Source of the DNA: a virus
Lineage: Duplodnaviria; Caudoviricetes
Virus record (IMG/VR): IMGVR_UViG_3300036670_000017
Span: 1-51,953 of that record
Reading direction: 5' to 3' (one strand)
DNA: 51,953 nt
In this document: one piece after another, positions 8,784 to 17,302 of the stretch
Numbering within the stretch: position 1 is the stretch's first letter
Layout: the number at the start of each line of letters is the position of its first letter
Notes under the pieces: generated by a model
What the model saw: only the letters and a program-made list of their open reading frames with translations
What the model was told of the DNA's origin: nothing
Database searches by the model: none
Position numbers and translations under genes: made by a program

Positions 8784-9695
8784 TTACAGCGTTACTACAG
8801 CAGTAGCAAGAGCTTCGCCCTTGACGACTTTGTAGCCATACACTTGCAAACCACGGATGATGTTGCCGAATGTAGACTCTGCGCGCAGGCTTTCCATCTC
8901 AGTCATCTGTGATGCGAAAGTCAAGCCCATCTTGTGGCCCGCGATGATGTCGAACTTACCGCTAGACACGTTTAAGTTGTGGCTGGTGTACACGGTAAAG
9001 CGGTCGATCATGCCCAAGCGACCGTTACGGACGATGGAAGCGCCATCACCAGTAATAGACGCGTCTTTCAGGTCAGACTTCTTGATAAGACCTGCCATCT
9101 TGGCGGGAATAACGAGAAAGCGGCCAGACTCGGGTGCGTTGGCTTCGTCCAACACAGTACCCATGTCAACCAACAAGTCGATGACGTTGGTCTTGGTGAC
9201 GGCTACAGGAGCTGCGGTGGTACCCAAGTTGATGTCGCCAGAGATACGGCCAGCGGTTGCGCCTTTGTTGGTGGCGGCAACGCCAGTCAACATACCAGCC
9301 AACACGTTTTGATCGATCTTGATCTTCATCTTCTCAGATGCGTCCTTAGCCCATGTGTCCATCAAGTTGATGTCCGCCTGAACCTTGTCCACGTCGTCTT
9401 CGATGGCAGCGAAGTATTCGCCTTGGTCGATAAGCAACTGGACTTTTGCCTTGTCTGGGCGCTCCAACTGCAGAGTCATACCCTTTTCGTACGAACGGAT
9501 GGTCAAGTCAGGGGTGGTACGGATGTTAACCGTGTCACCCATAGACTTGATGTCACCTTCGTAGTCGGTGTTAGAGATAGCTGCTAAGACGGTGGCGTCG
9601 TAGAAGTTCTCGATCAGCTTAGCTGACCAAATCTCAGGGATAAAATTGCCGGTGTAAGCGGCGGCGCCGTTGGCGGCGTTTACTGGAAAAGCCAT
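8784..9695 (-). CDS. Major capsid protein
   Basis: FIPEIWS...YEG.I...GDTVNI and GLQVYGYKVV motifs of P22-like/podovirus coat proteins; follows scaffold; strong GGAG RBS and terminator. Confidence 0.92.
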   Translation of the reverse strand: MAFPVNAANGAAAYTGNFIPEIWSAKLIENFYDATVLAAISNTDYEGDIKSMGDTVNIRTTPDLTIRSYEKGMTLQLERPDKAKVQLLIDQGEYFAAIEDDVDKVQADINLMDTWAKDASEKMKIKIDQNVLAGMLTGVAATNKGATAGRISGDINLGTTAAPVAVTKTNVIDLLVDMGTVLDEANAPESGRFLVIPAKMAGLIKKSDLKDASITGDGASIVRNGRLGMIDRFTVYTSHNLNVSSGKFDIIAGHKMGLTFASQMTEMESLRAESTFGNIIRGLQVYGYKVVKGEALATAVVTL

Positions 9696-9731
9696 TTTAG
9701 ACTCCTAAAAACAAAAAATGATAAGCGGCGT

Positions 9732-10724
9732 TTAGGACACTCGTCCCTCACGCTGGGCCAAAAAGATGTCGCTCTCCAAGCTGCGTGCTTCGTCCTCGCG
9801 GCCCTTGTACTTGCCATCCAACTTATCTTTGTAGAACGTGGCAATCGCTGCGCGAGACCACTGCTTCTTCTCAGGAGATGAAGGGGGCGTAGTTCCACCG
9901 GTGCGACCCGGTGCAATCTGCCGCTCAAGTTTTGAGGCGTTGTTTGGACGTGCAGCCCCCTGAGGAGCCGGTGCAATGCCGTTCTCGCGCTTCCACGTCG
10001 AAAAGATACTCACTACACGTTGGAGGTCGAGACTGTCGTGCGCGTCGGTCAAGAGCGTCTGGCGTTGAAAACCCGATATCGGGTCTGTAGACAACAACCA
10101 GTTGTGAAAACCTTGGTTCTCGTTGATGCTCTGCCAATCAGGCACACTGTTACCCAGCGCTGCGTAAAACTTCTCGTGCGTCGTTGCAGCCTGCTGTTGT
10201 ACAACCTGTTGTACGGCTGGTGCAAGACCCTGAAGTTGGTCGATTCGACCCATTAGCTGCTGCACTGCCTGAGCCAAAGGCACGACTTCTTCGCGGGTGA
10301 CGCGGCGAGCGAACTCTACCATGTCCTGCCCGTACTCGGAGACGTCTGTGTCTGTGACGTGCGACGGGCGCTGTGCGCTCGCCTGCGGTGCCATCTGCAT
10401 CTGGGAAACCAACTGCTCCATATTCGACAGGCGGCTAGTAGTCTCGTCCAACGTGCGTTTCTGCGCGTTGTAGACACCCTGTAGCGAACGCCAGCGTTGA
10501 GCATACGTGCTGTTATTCTCTTCCTCGCCCGGAGTGGACTCAGATTCGCGGGTTGCAACTGCTTGAGTTTGTGACTCAGCCGAATTGTCCTCTTGTGAGC
10601 CGCCGTCAGCATCGCCAGCATCGCCCGCAGACTCGTCTGCAGTGTCGCTGTCCTTGCCATAAAGCTGCTCCGCGAGTACTTTCGCGTTGTCGACTTGCTC
10701 TTGTAGTTGAGATGGTAATGCCAT
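9732..10724 (-). CDS. Capsid scaffolding protein
   Basis: Acidic N-terminus, coiled coil (WRSLQGVYNA), VPDW..IN...F..WL motif; directly upstream of MCP. Confidence 0.8.
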   Translation of the reverse strand: MALPSQLQEQVDNAKVLAEQLYGKDSDTADESAGDAGDADGGSQEDNSAESQTQAVATRESESTPGEEENNSTYAQRWRSLQGVYNAQKRTLDETTSRLSNMEQLVSQMQMAPQASAQRPSHVTDTDVSEYGQDMVEFARRVTREEVVPLAQAVQQLMGRIDQLQGLAPAVQQVVQQQAATTHEKFYAALGNSVPDWQSINENQGFHNWLLSTDPISGFQRQTLLTDAHDSLDLQRVVSIFSTWKRENGIAPAPQGAARPNNASKLERQIAPGRTGGTTPPSSPEKKQWSRAAIATFYKDKLDGKYKGREDEARSLESDIFLAQREGRVS

Positions 10725-10751
10725 TTTGAACCTTGCTTTCTTGCTAAGGAG

Positions 10752-10949
10752 TTAGGACCGTACGATCTGCCGAATTTCGGTCAGACACTGCACCCGGCCT
10801 TTGTAGGTGCTGAAGTGTTCGTCGGTGCCGGTTGCCATCAGCTCCAGCTCGGCGGTGCGCATAGACTCAAGCATAGGTAGGAAGCGGGGGTATTGCTTCC
10901 CAATCTGCTTGAGCATTACTGCTTCGTCGTCTGAAAGTTTCAGTCTCAC
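10752..10949 (-). CDS. Small conserved protein between portal and scaffold
   Basis: GAGGT RBS, GTG start, C-terminal KGRVQ.L motif; position typical of podoviruses. Confidence 0.7.
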   Translation of the reverse strand: MRLKLSDDEAVMLKQIGKQYPRFLPMLESMRTAELELMATGTDEHFSTYKGRVQCLTEIRQIVRS

Positions 10950-10975
10950 GGTTGAAACACCTCTAAAGTTGGTTA

Positions 10976-11003
10976 ACTATACAACAAAACAGCACTGTGT
11001 CAA
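10976..11003 (-). promoter_or_regulatory. Sigma70-like promoter for scaffold/capsid genes
   Basis: Minus strand TTGACA-16 bp-TATAGT. Confidence 0.6.
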
Positions 11004-13066
11004 GCGCCGCCGTTGCCCGTTATTTGATTTGACACTGTATTGCCCATGTCGCCGCCGCCCTGTGGGTTGCCGTCCGCGCCGACTTCGGCTGGGGCTTTTG
11101 TTGGGGCTTGCGCCTGCATGGCCTGCTGCTGCTCCTGCTGCTTTTGCTGCAGAGCTTGGCGGACCTCCAGTGACTCGTTCGTAGGTACGATGTCGTCCAC
11201 GGGCATTGAGAGGCCCTTGGCAACTTCGCGCAGGATAGCCGCGCGTCCCATGGGGCCCACAATTTGCGAGTCGATTGGGTTGGCTGTTGCCTGCAAGAAC
11301 TCGACTCGGCGTACGTTGAGCTGTTCGCGGTTTGCCAGTGTGACAGCGCCACGTGGAACGACTTCGCAGTCGCCCTTGATCGAGGGGTCGTCGATGTACT
11401 GCATGTTCCAGTTGTATTGGGCGCGCACGATGGGGCCGATTACGTCGAAGTCGATGTGCATAATGGTCTGGCGGATGCCTTTACCGGCGGAGCCCATAAG
11501 CATGGACAGCCCTGAAGCCGTGCGGCCTGCGCCACCCACTGCTCCGTCGCCGTACACGTATGCGGGTATACCCGACTGCTCATCGGCCATCCGCGCGAAC
11601 TGCCCGTAGACACCTAGCAGCGCACCGCTACGGTCGTCAGGCTGGTTAAAGCGAACCGCCGCTTGGCCAGAACCAAGGGGGTCAGACACAGTCTGCCATA
11701 TCTTCCAAGGGTATACCTTAGTGACTTTCTCGCCTTCAGCTAGACGGTCGACGCTGACCTCGACCTGCGGGCCAGAGGCCAGACCCATGTTGTTCGCCAG
11801 CGCACGAGCCGCTGCGTTACACATGGCCTGTACGTCCTCGATCAACTCAGGGTAGCTAACGCCCCACAAAGCGCCGGGGCGCTTGACGGCTGACGTCATG
11901 TGGTACGGGTTTTGTCCTAGCGGGTCGTAGTTCAGTGTCGCTTTGATAACCCAGCGACCGACGAGCCACACACATGCGTCGTACATCTTAGCGGTGTCTG
12001 GCACTTCGTCGGCATCAAGGCCGAAGTCTATCAAGTCTTGGCCGCTTACAGCGCCCCAGAACTCTAGCGCGTCGAACTTGTTGCTGTCTTCGCGCCAGAT
12101 ACTGAACTTGTTCTCAAGGTCAGACTTGGTATACTCTGCGCTCCACAGCCACTCGTTGTTGCTGCCCTCGGACAATACTGCGCGAATGGCTCCATCATCA
12201 TACCCGGGCACGCCCAAGAGGTCTGACAGATCGGCTTTGGTGAGGCGGTGGTGTTCGAGGCAGTAGCCGTCTTTCAGGCGTGTGACGCCCGGCTCAGGGT
12301 AGAAGCGAAACGGGTCAACGCGACCATAGGTCGGAATCAACTTCTCGGTGACCTTGGGCTGGTAGCTGCCGTCTGGGTCCTGCGCCCAATCAAGTTGGCG
12401 TGCGCGACGAACCGTTGGGCCTTTGAGAATAGCCGCAGGGTATGTAGCCAGATCGCTGATAAAGGCGTTAAAGCCATCTACCATGCCACCCTCAACGAAC
12501 TGGTCCGTGATCTGACGCTTCATGCGCTCCATGCGGTCTGCTGCGTCTTCCATCAGCTTGACGCGCACGTCTTCTTCCGCCTGCTCGCGGAACGTATCCA
12601 TCAGGACCTCGTCCAGCGGCTGGTTGCTCTGGATGGCCTCGATCACGTTCTTCGACACCAGTTCTGTCACCTTCTTAGTGAAGTCTGGTGGCATATCCGG
12701 CAGAGGTGTTGCCTTGACGTCAAACGGTACCATGCCTTCGTCAAGCAAGATGTCGCGCAGCCAAGACTCAGCCCCGCGACACTTGGTCTCGGTCAGCATC
12801 ATGAAAATTTCAGAGCCGCCCGTCTTGCGAATCTCGTTAAGTTTGTCCGGCTCGTACTCACCCGTGCGCTGGCGTAGCGCGCGCAACATGGCTCGCTCAA
12901 TGGGCTGCTTCGCGTCCCGCGCTGACTCCCAGCACCGGCGCACGTGCCCGGCTAAACCCGACAATACTGGAATCTGCTGGCGCGCGGCGGCCTGTGTCGC
13001 GGACACCTTAGCAGCGTCCTCCGAGTCAAGCTGGCTGTTTGATTTTACTACGATGAGTCCGGCCAT
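11000..13066 (-). CDS. Portal protein
   Basis: 688 aa, downstream of terL; VDPFRFYPEP, ADEQSGIP, RTASGLSMLM motifs typical of podovirus portals. Confidence 0.9.
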   Translation of the reverse strand: MAGLIVVKSNSQLDSEDAAKVSATQAAARQQIPVLSGLAGHVRRCWESARDAKQPIERAMLRALRQRTGEYEPDKLNEIRKTGGSEIFMMLTETKCRGAESWLRDILLDEGMVPFDVKATPLPDMPPDFTKKVTELVSKNVIEAIQSNQPLDEVLMDTFREQAEEDVRVKLMEDAADRMERMKRQITDQFVEGGMVDGFNAFISDLATYPAAILKGPTVRRARQLDWAQDPDGSYQPKVTEKLIPTYGRVDPFRFYPEPGVTRLKDGYCLEHHRLTKADLSDLLGVPGYDDGAIRAVLSEGSNNEWLWSAEYTKSDLENKFSIWREDSNKFDALEFWGAVSGQDLIDFGLDADEVPDTAKMYDACVWLVGRWVIKATLNYDPLGQNPYHMTSAVKRPGALWGVSYPELIEDVQAMCNAAARALANNMGLASGPQVEVSVDRLAEGEKVTKVYPWKIWQTVSDPLGSGQAAVRFNQPDDRSGALLGVYGQFARMADEQSGIPAYVYGDGAVGGAGRTASGLSMLMGSAGKGIRQTIMHIDFDVIGPIVRAQYNWNMQYIDDPSIKGDCEVVPRGAVTLANREQLNVRRVEFLQATANPIDSQIVGPMGRAAILREVAKGLSMPVDDIVPTNESLEVRQALQQKQQEQQQAMQAQAPTKAPAEVGADGNPQGGGDMGNTVSNQITGNGGA

Positions 13067-13068
13067 AA

Positions 13069-13365
13069 TCAGTCGGCTCTGTCGTAGTGGCGACTGCCCG
13101 TGACGGCCTCGACGGCGCTAGAGCTCCCAAAACCTTCACCAACAAGTTTGGCTGCTTCTTTTAGCTTGGCTGGGCTGGAGGCTGCGCCGACTTTGCCGCC
13201 TGCGTCCTTAATGGCTTCCATGTACAGTTTACCGCCAGTCACAACAGTCGGCGCTGCTGGCTTGCCAAAAAAGGCGTAAGAGGGACGGGATGCACGGATT
13301 CCAGACGTATCCATCTTTGGATTTTCGGAATACACGGTGCTAGATTTTGTGATCTTAGTAGCCAT
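13069..13365 (-). CDS. Hypothetical protein (start revised to ATG 13365)
   Basis: GGAGG RBS precedes MATKITK. Confidence 0.7.
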   Translation of the reverse strand: MATKITKSSTVYSENPKMDTSGIRASRPSYAFFGKPAAPTVVTGGKLYMEAIKDAGGKVGAASSPAKLKEAAKLVGEGFGSSSAVEAVTGSRHYDRAD

Positions 13366-13397
13366 ACGGCCTCCACAGTTGGGGTGTACCTCGCTAG

Positions 13398-13426
13398 ATT
13401 CTACACCCACAACCCCTTTTGTCCAA
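13398..13426 (-). promoter_or_regulatory. Putative late promoter
   Basis: Minus strand TGGACA-16 bp-TAGAAT (or TTGGAC-17) in the terL-downstream gap. Confidence 0.45.
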
Positions 13427-13428
13427 CT

Positions 13429-14871
13429 TTATATCCAGCCGTTCATGCTAGCTTCCTCAACAACATGTGCCTTGCGCTTGGAAAACTTCCCGCCTTGTTG
13501 CGCATCGGCGTGCAGGGCTAGGTACTGCATAGCGTCAGCGATGTGCGACGCGTCGTTCTTCTCGGGCTTGTCTTCCAGCTCGCCGTTGGTCTTTAGCTTA
13601 TAGCGGTACTGGCCACGAAACGCGTTAATGAGCGGTCTGCAGGACGGGTCTACCAGAAAGCCAGCGCGGGTATCAACCTGCCTGTTGAGGAACTGCTCCA
13701 CCGCTGTAATACGCGCAATGATGCTGTTGGTGTATGCCGGTTGCGCTTGGAGGCCTTCTTGGTCTAAGATGTCATACACGGTTTTCTCGTCTGTCTGCGA
13801 ACGTGCGGTGCCAGCCGGGTCCCCGATAACTAGGATGGGCGCGCCCGGAAATGTCATCGACAGCTCGGGCTTCAGTATCGTGCGCAAGAAGCGCAGCAGC
13901 CCCATACCGTCTGCCGTTAGTGAGCGGTATATCAGCAGCCTACCCAGCGCGTCTATCTGCCCGACTACTGCCGACGGGTTCAGGCCGAAGTCCATGCCGA
14001 TAAGCACAGGCCGTAGGCCGTTTAGTATGGGTATTAGCGGCTTCTTGGCGACGTGGAAGTCCGCGTCAAAGCTACGGAACACGGGCTGTCCGGCAAGTGA
14101 CTTGCCGAACTTCGAGTGGATGTAGACGTCGACGTAGTCCTGCGTCTTGCCTTTGGCCAAGTTGTCGTAGTAGTTGCTGGGGAGAAGGTGAATCCAGTCC
14201 GCCTCTGGGCTCATACCCGACGGCTGAATCGTTACGTGGCAGTTATCTGGCGGGTCAATCAACAGCTTTTCCCAGAACGTGTCCATGTCTGGCGGGTTGC
14301 TCATCCCCCACAAGTGGCTGTTGGGTTTGCCGTCGTCAGTCACGCAGCCCTGTATGGGGTTGCCCTTTGCGTCATTACCCCACCCGGGCTTATGCGGCAC
14401 CATCATACCGTCAGGATAACGTCCCAGACGACCTTGGAGCGCCTCAAACACGTCCTTGTTAATCTCTCGAAACTCGTCAAGCACGGCAAAACTGGCCTGC
14501 AAAGACAACAGTCGGCGCACGTCGTTGGAGTCGTCCAAACCTCGAAACAATATCTCGCACTCTACGTCGTCTAGCTTCAGGAAGAACTTGTACTCGGTCT
14601 TGAGGAACGAGCCTGCCATACCATCCGGGAACCACTTGAGCACGTCGGGGATGCTCGTGTCTCGCAGCTGCTCGCGTGTGTTACGAACCCACACACAGCG
14701 AGAACGCCTGACACCATCCTTACACGGCGCCATGCGCTTAGCGTGGTACAGAATCTTAACGATACCGGCTGTCGTCTTGGTGGAGCCTACTGGTCCACAT
14801 ACCAGAGACAAGAAGTCTTCAGCCAAGAAAAACGGCACGAGAGTTTCGACCGGTGCGTATTGTGTGCTCAT
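13429..14871 (-). CDS. terL: Terminase large subunit
   Basis: Walker A GPVGSTKT, Walker B AVLDE, coupling motif SNPP, nuclease GMDFG and SHIADAMQY. Confidence 0.95.
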   Translation of the reverse strand: MSTQYAPVETLVPFFLAEDFLSLVCGPVGSTKTTAGIVKILYHAKRMAPCKDGVRRSRCVWVRNTREQLRDTSIPDVLKWFPDGMAGSFLKTEYKFFLKLDDVECEILFRGLDDSNDVRRLLSLQASFAVLDEFREINKDVFEALQGRLGRYPDGMMVPHKPGWGNDAKGNPIQGCVTDDGKPNSHLWGMSNPPDMDTFWEKLLIDPPDNCHVTIQPSGMSPEADWIHLLPSNYYDNLAKGKTQDYVDVYIHSKFGKSLAGQPVFRSFDADFHVAKKPLIPILNGLRPVLIGMDFGLNPSAVVGQIDALGRLLIYRSLTADGMGLLRFLRTILKPELSMTFPGAPILVIGDPAGTARSQTDEKTVYDILDQEGLQAQPAYTNSIIARITAVEQFLNRQVDTRAGFLVDPSCRPLINAFRGQYRYKLKTNGELEDKPEKNDASHIADAMQYLALHADAQQGGKFSKRKAHVVEEASMNGWI

Positions 14872-15425
14872 AGGTGGTCTTCCCCAGCGTACTGGTAGTC
14901 CTCTGGCTCATCTAAAAAGATATTGCTCAGAGCTTTCTTCTTTGCGCTGGGTAGCGTGATCGTGGGTACGTCTACAACATCTGCCTTGGCTATGTGCATG
15001 CCTTTGGCGGTTGTCGGCGCGGAACCGGGTATGTTGATGGTGATGCTGTACCCTGCACCAGTCTGTGTCTCCACAGTCTTGCGCGGCTCTAGGTCGCCCC
15101 ACTTGACCAAGTTCTCGACGATCTTAGCCCGCACTGCTGCAGGTATGTCGACATCTTTAGCCATCTGGTAGCTGTCTTTGAGCAGGTCTTCAGCAAGTAG
15201 TCGACACTTCGCGGCAAACGAAAAGCCGGAGTCGGTCAGCTCATTGACGTACGTCGTCACATACCCTGTGAACGTGGGGTTGGTTTTTATGGCGTCGTAT
15301 TCTTGCTGGGATATACCCTCAGCAGCTAGCACTTCATGCACCGGGGCATTGGCCCCGACCTGATTTCTTGCGACAGCTAAAGCTAAATCCCTAAGAAATA
15401 CGTCCGCGCTAATGGAGCGGTTCAT
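14868..15425 (-). CDS. Putative terminase small subunit (start likely ATG 15425)
   Basis: Immediately upstream of and overlapping terL; helical body with YSITINI beta-strand typical of TerS. Confidence 0.65.
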   Translation of the reverse strand: MNRSISADVFLRDLALAVARNQVGANAPVHEVLAAEGISQQEYDAIKTNPTFTGYVTTYVNELTDSGFSFAAKCRLLAEDLLKDSYQMAKDVDIPAAVRAKIVENLVKWGDLEPRKTVETQTGAGYSITINIPGSAPTTAKGMHIAKADVVDVPTITLPSAKKKALSNIFLDEPEDYQYAGEDHL

Positions 15426-15432
15426 GGCTGCC

Positions 15433-15460
15433 AATGTACCACATGTTCGTGGTGTGTCAA
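15433..15460 (-). promoter_or_regulatory. Late-arm promoter in front of terS
   Basis: Minus strand TTGACA-16 bp-TACATT with TGn extended -10. Confidence 0.6.
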
Positions 15461-15608
15461 TGGGGGCGTGGCTGGATAAACAATTTATGTGGCTGGGATG
15501 TTGTGGAAAAGATAGACTTGTAAAAATTAGGGGTCGCGTTACGCGGAACAGATCATATACCCCGGGGGGTACCCCCTATGGACGGGTGGAGGGGGTGGGG
15601 GTACCACC

Positions 15609-15662
15609 AACTACTGTCATGATGTCCGCGCCTCGCGACCGCGCCGCTGAACTACTGTCATA
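15609..15662 (+). repeat. Two copies of the 13-bp AACTACTGTCATR repeat
   Basis: Copies at 15609-15621 and 15650-15662. Confidence 0.9.
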
Positions 15663-15670
15663 AACTCCAG

Positions 15671-15686
15671 TAATTCCACGGGATTA
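15671..15686. repeat. Palindrome copy 1 (TAATTCC-AC-GGGATTA, one mismatch)
   Basis: Read directly; just upstream of the first early promoter. Confidence 0.85.
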
Positions 15687-15699
15687 CGATAATATTATG

Positions 15700-15729
15700 T
15701 TGCACACGTGGCGCGTTTGGCGTTATAAT
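15700..15729 (+). promoter_or_regulatory. Early promoter P1
   Basis: TTGCAC(A)...TATAAT (17-18 bp spacer) followed by a 5' stem-loop. Confidence 0.65.
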
Positions 15730-15804
15730 AACTCATGCCAACGAAAAGAGAACCTTTGTTGGCATGCGGCGCTTTCGCCAATACTTGTTTAAGGAAAATT
15801 TATC

Positions 15805-16446
15805 ATGACATCCGTTATCAACGCTAAAGTCACGCCCGCTGCTGCGGTCAAAGTCACGCCCGTTTTGCCAGCGGTGGCACGCGCCATAAACAGTGCAGTG
15901 ACCGCGAGCGCGTCTATGTTGTCCAAGACGCGCGAAGCTGCGCGCATGGCCAGCGAACAATTAGACGCCACGCTACCCTTGCGCGAGCGCATCGGCGCTA
16001 TCATGAGCGCGTACAGCTCAGAATTGTCTAAAGACCATAACGTCAAGGCTATATTCAGTGACACGTTGACCCTGTTGGCATGCGGACAAACTGAAGTTGT
16101 CGTTACCGTAGTAGGCAAAGAGGGCAAGATGGAAACCAGCACAACCGCAGCGCAAGCCGTAGACATGAGCAAGCACAACTTAAAAGCTGCTGCGCGTCAA
16201 GTTCGCGAAGCCCATGACATCGGGCGCACGGTCAAACCTCGCGAAGCCAAACCCGCCAGCGAAGCCAAACCAAAAGCGCAAAGCGCGCCTGACATGTTAT
16301 CCGTTGACGCGTTTTCTGAGTGGCTTGACATGTTGCCAGAATATTTAGGCGATAGCGTATTTCACCCGCGCATCGTGGCGGCGCTTATTGGCAAAGGCTA
16401 TACCCTCAACAAAGCCCTCAAGGGTCGCGCCATAACTGGAGTCTAA
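15805..16446 (+). CDS. First early gene, hypothetical protein (monocistronic)
   Basis: TAAGGA RBS, own promoter and terminator. Confidence 0.85.
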   Translation: MTSVINAKVTPAAAVKVTPVLPAVARAINSAVTASASMLSKTREAARMASEQLDATLPLRERIGAIMSAYSSELSKDHNVKAIFSDTLTLLACGQTEVVVTVVGKEGKMETSTTAAQAVDMSKHNLKAAARQVREAHDIGRTVKPREAKPASEAKPKAQSAPDMLSVDAFSEWLDMLPEYLGDSVFHPRIVAALIGKGYTLNKALKGRAITGV

Positions 16447-16451
16447 ACCCA

Positions 16452-16478
16452 AGACCGCCCGCAAGGGCGGTCTCTTTT
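16452..16478 (+). terminator. Rho-independent terminator
   Basis: AGACCGCCC-GCAA-GGGCGGTCT-CTTTT. Confidence 0.85.
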
Positions 16479-16503
16479 CGCTCAAAATTTTTGAGCCTAA
16501 CCA

Positions 16504-16594
16504 AACTACTGTCATGCTGCGCAGGCACTAACTACTGTCATGGTTGGGACGCATGAACTACTGTCATGGTTGGGACGCATGAACTACTGTCATG
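16504..16594 (+). repeat. Four AACTACTGTCATG repeats with 26-bp period (iteron-like)
   Basis: Copies start at 16504, 16530, 16556 and 16582. Confidence 0.95.
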
Positions 16595-16606
16595 GTGTCG
16601 AGGCAC

Positions 16607-16622
16607 TAATCCCACGGGATTA
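16607..16622. repeat. Palindrome copy 2 (TAATCCC-AC-GGGATTA)
   Basis: Read directly. Confidence 0.95.
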
Positions 16623-16739
16623 CGCAGCCCACTTGATGCATGAGGCCACGTCGAAAACAAGTTCGATACATGAGCCCGATGCATGCGCTGGATACTCCCC
16701 CCAGTATGCGAAAGCGGCAGTGAGAAGCGTGCAAGAAAA

Positions 16740-17160
16740 ATTTAGACGGGAAAAAAAATAGACAGCGTAACCCGCATGAAACCTAGGTTCTTGTTTTCTG
16801 TCTATGGATTTTCAGCAACTATTTTCCGAAAACGTGCACTGACCAACATACCCACAACTTATAAAACTGTCTAATCCTTTAAAATCAACGATGTATCGGG
16901 GGTGGGGGGTATGCAAAAAGCAACTGACTCTTATATATATATTTTTAATAGTTAAATAGATAGATAGATGGCTATTTTAGAACTCGGATTTCTCAAAATC
17001 CCCCAATCTCAAAATAGTTCAGACCCCAGATTTCCGAACTTCTCTCTTCTCCAAAAAACAATCTATTTGTCTATTCCTAGCAAAATCAACGGTCTATTTT
17101 TTCAATTCTGTCTATTTTGCCGCCAGCCCCGCTACCAAGCCATCTATCCACCCTCACTCG
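16740..17160. other. AT-rich non-coding region, candidate replication origin
   Basis: Most AT-rich stretch seen (TTATATATATATTTTTAATAGTTAAATAGATAGATAGA), repeated TGTCTA/TAGACA, adjacent to iteron-like repeats. Confidence 0.45.
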
Positions 17161-17162
17161 AC

Positions 17163-17191
17163 TTGACACGTGGCCAATATAATGCTACAAT
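17163..17191 (+). promoter_or_regulatory. Early promoter P2
   Basis: TTGACA-17 bp-TACAAT with TGn extension. Confidence 0.8.
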
Positions 17192-17243
17192 GTACTCATA
17201 CATCGAGAAACCCTTAGCGGCCACCTCGGTGTGTGCAGGTGCT

Positions 17244-17259
17244 TAATCCCACGGGATTA
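17244..17259. repeat. Palindrome copy 3 (AC core)
   Basis: In the P2 leader. Confidence 0.95.
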
Positions 17260-17302
17260 ACTGCCTACTAACTTGTTCACTTGTTCACTTAGGAAAATCA
17301 CT

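Noticed and set aside
16504-16622. Mini-CRISPR array
   Set aside because: Repeats and spacers are only 13 bp, two spacers are identical and no cas operon is present; the Cas4-like gene sits in a normal replication module.
16540-17246. ORFs 16540-16761 and 16968-17246 as real genes
   Set aside because: No SD; they run through repeats, AT-rich low-complexity DNA and promoter P2. The 16968 ORF does end on a palindrome TAA, so it is not fully excluded.
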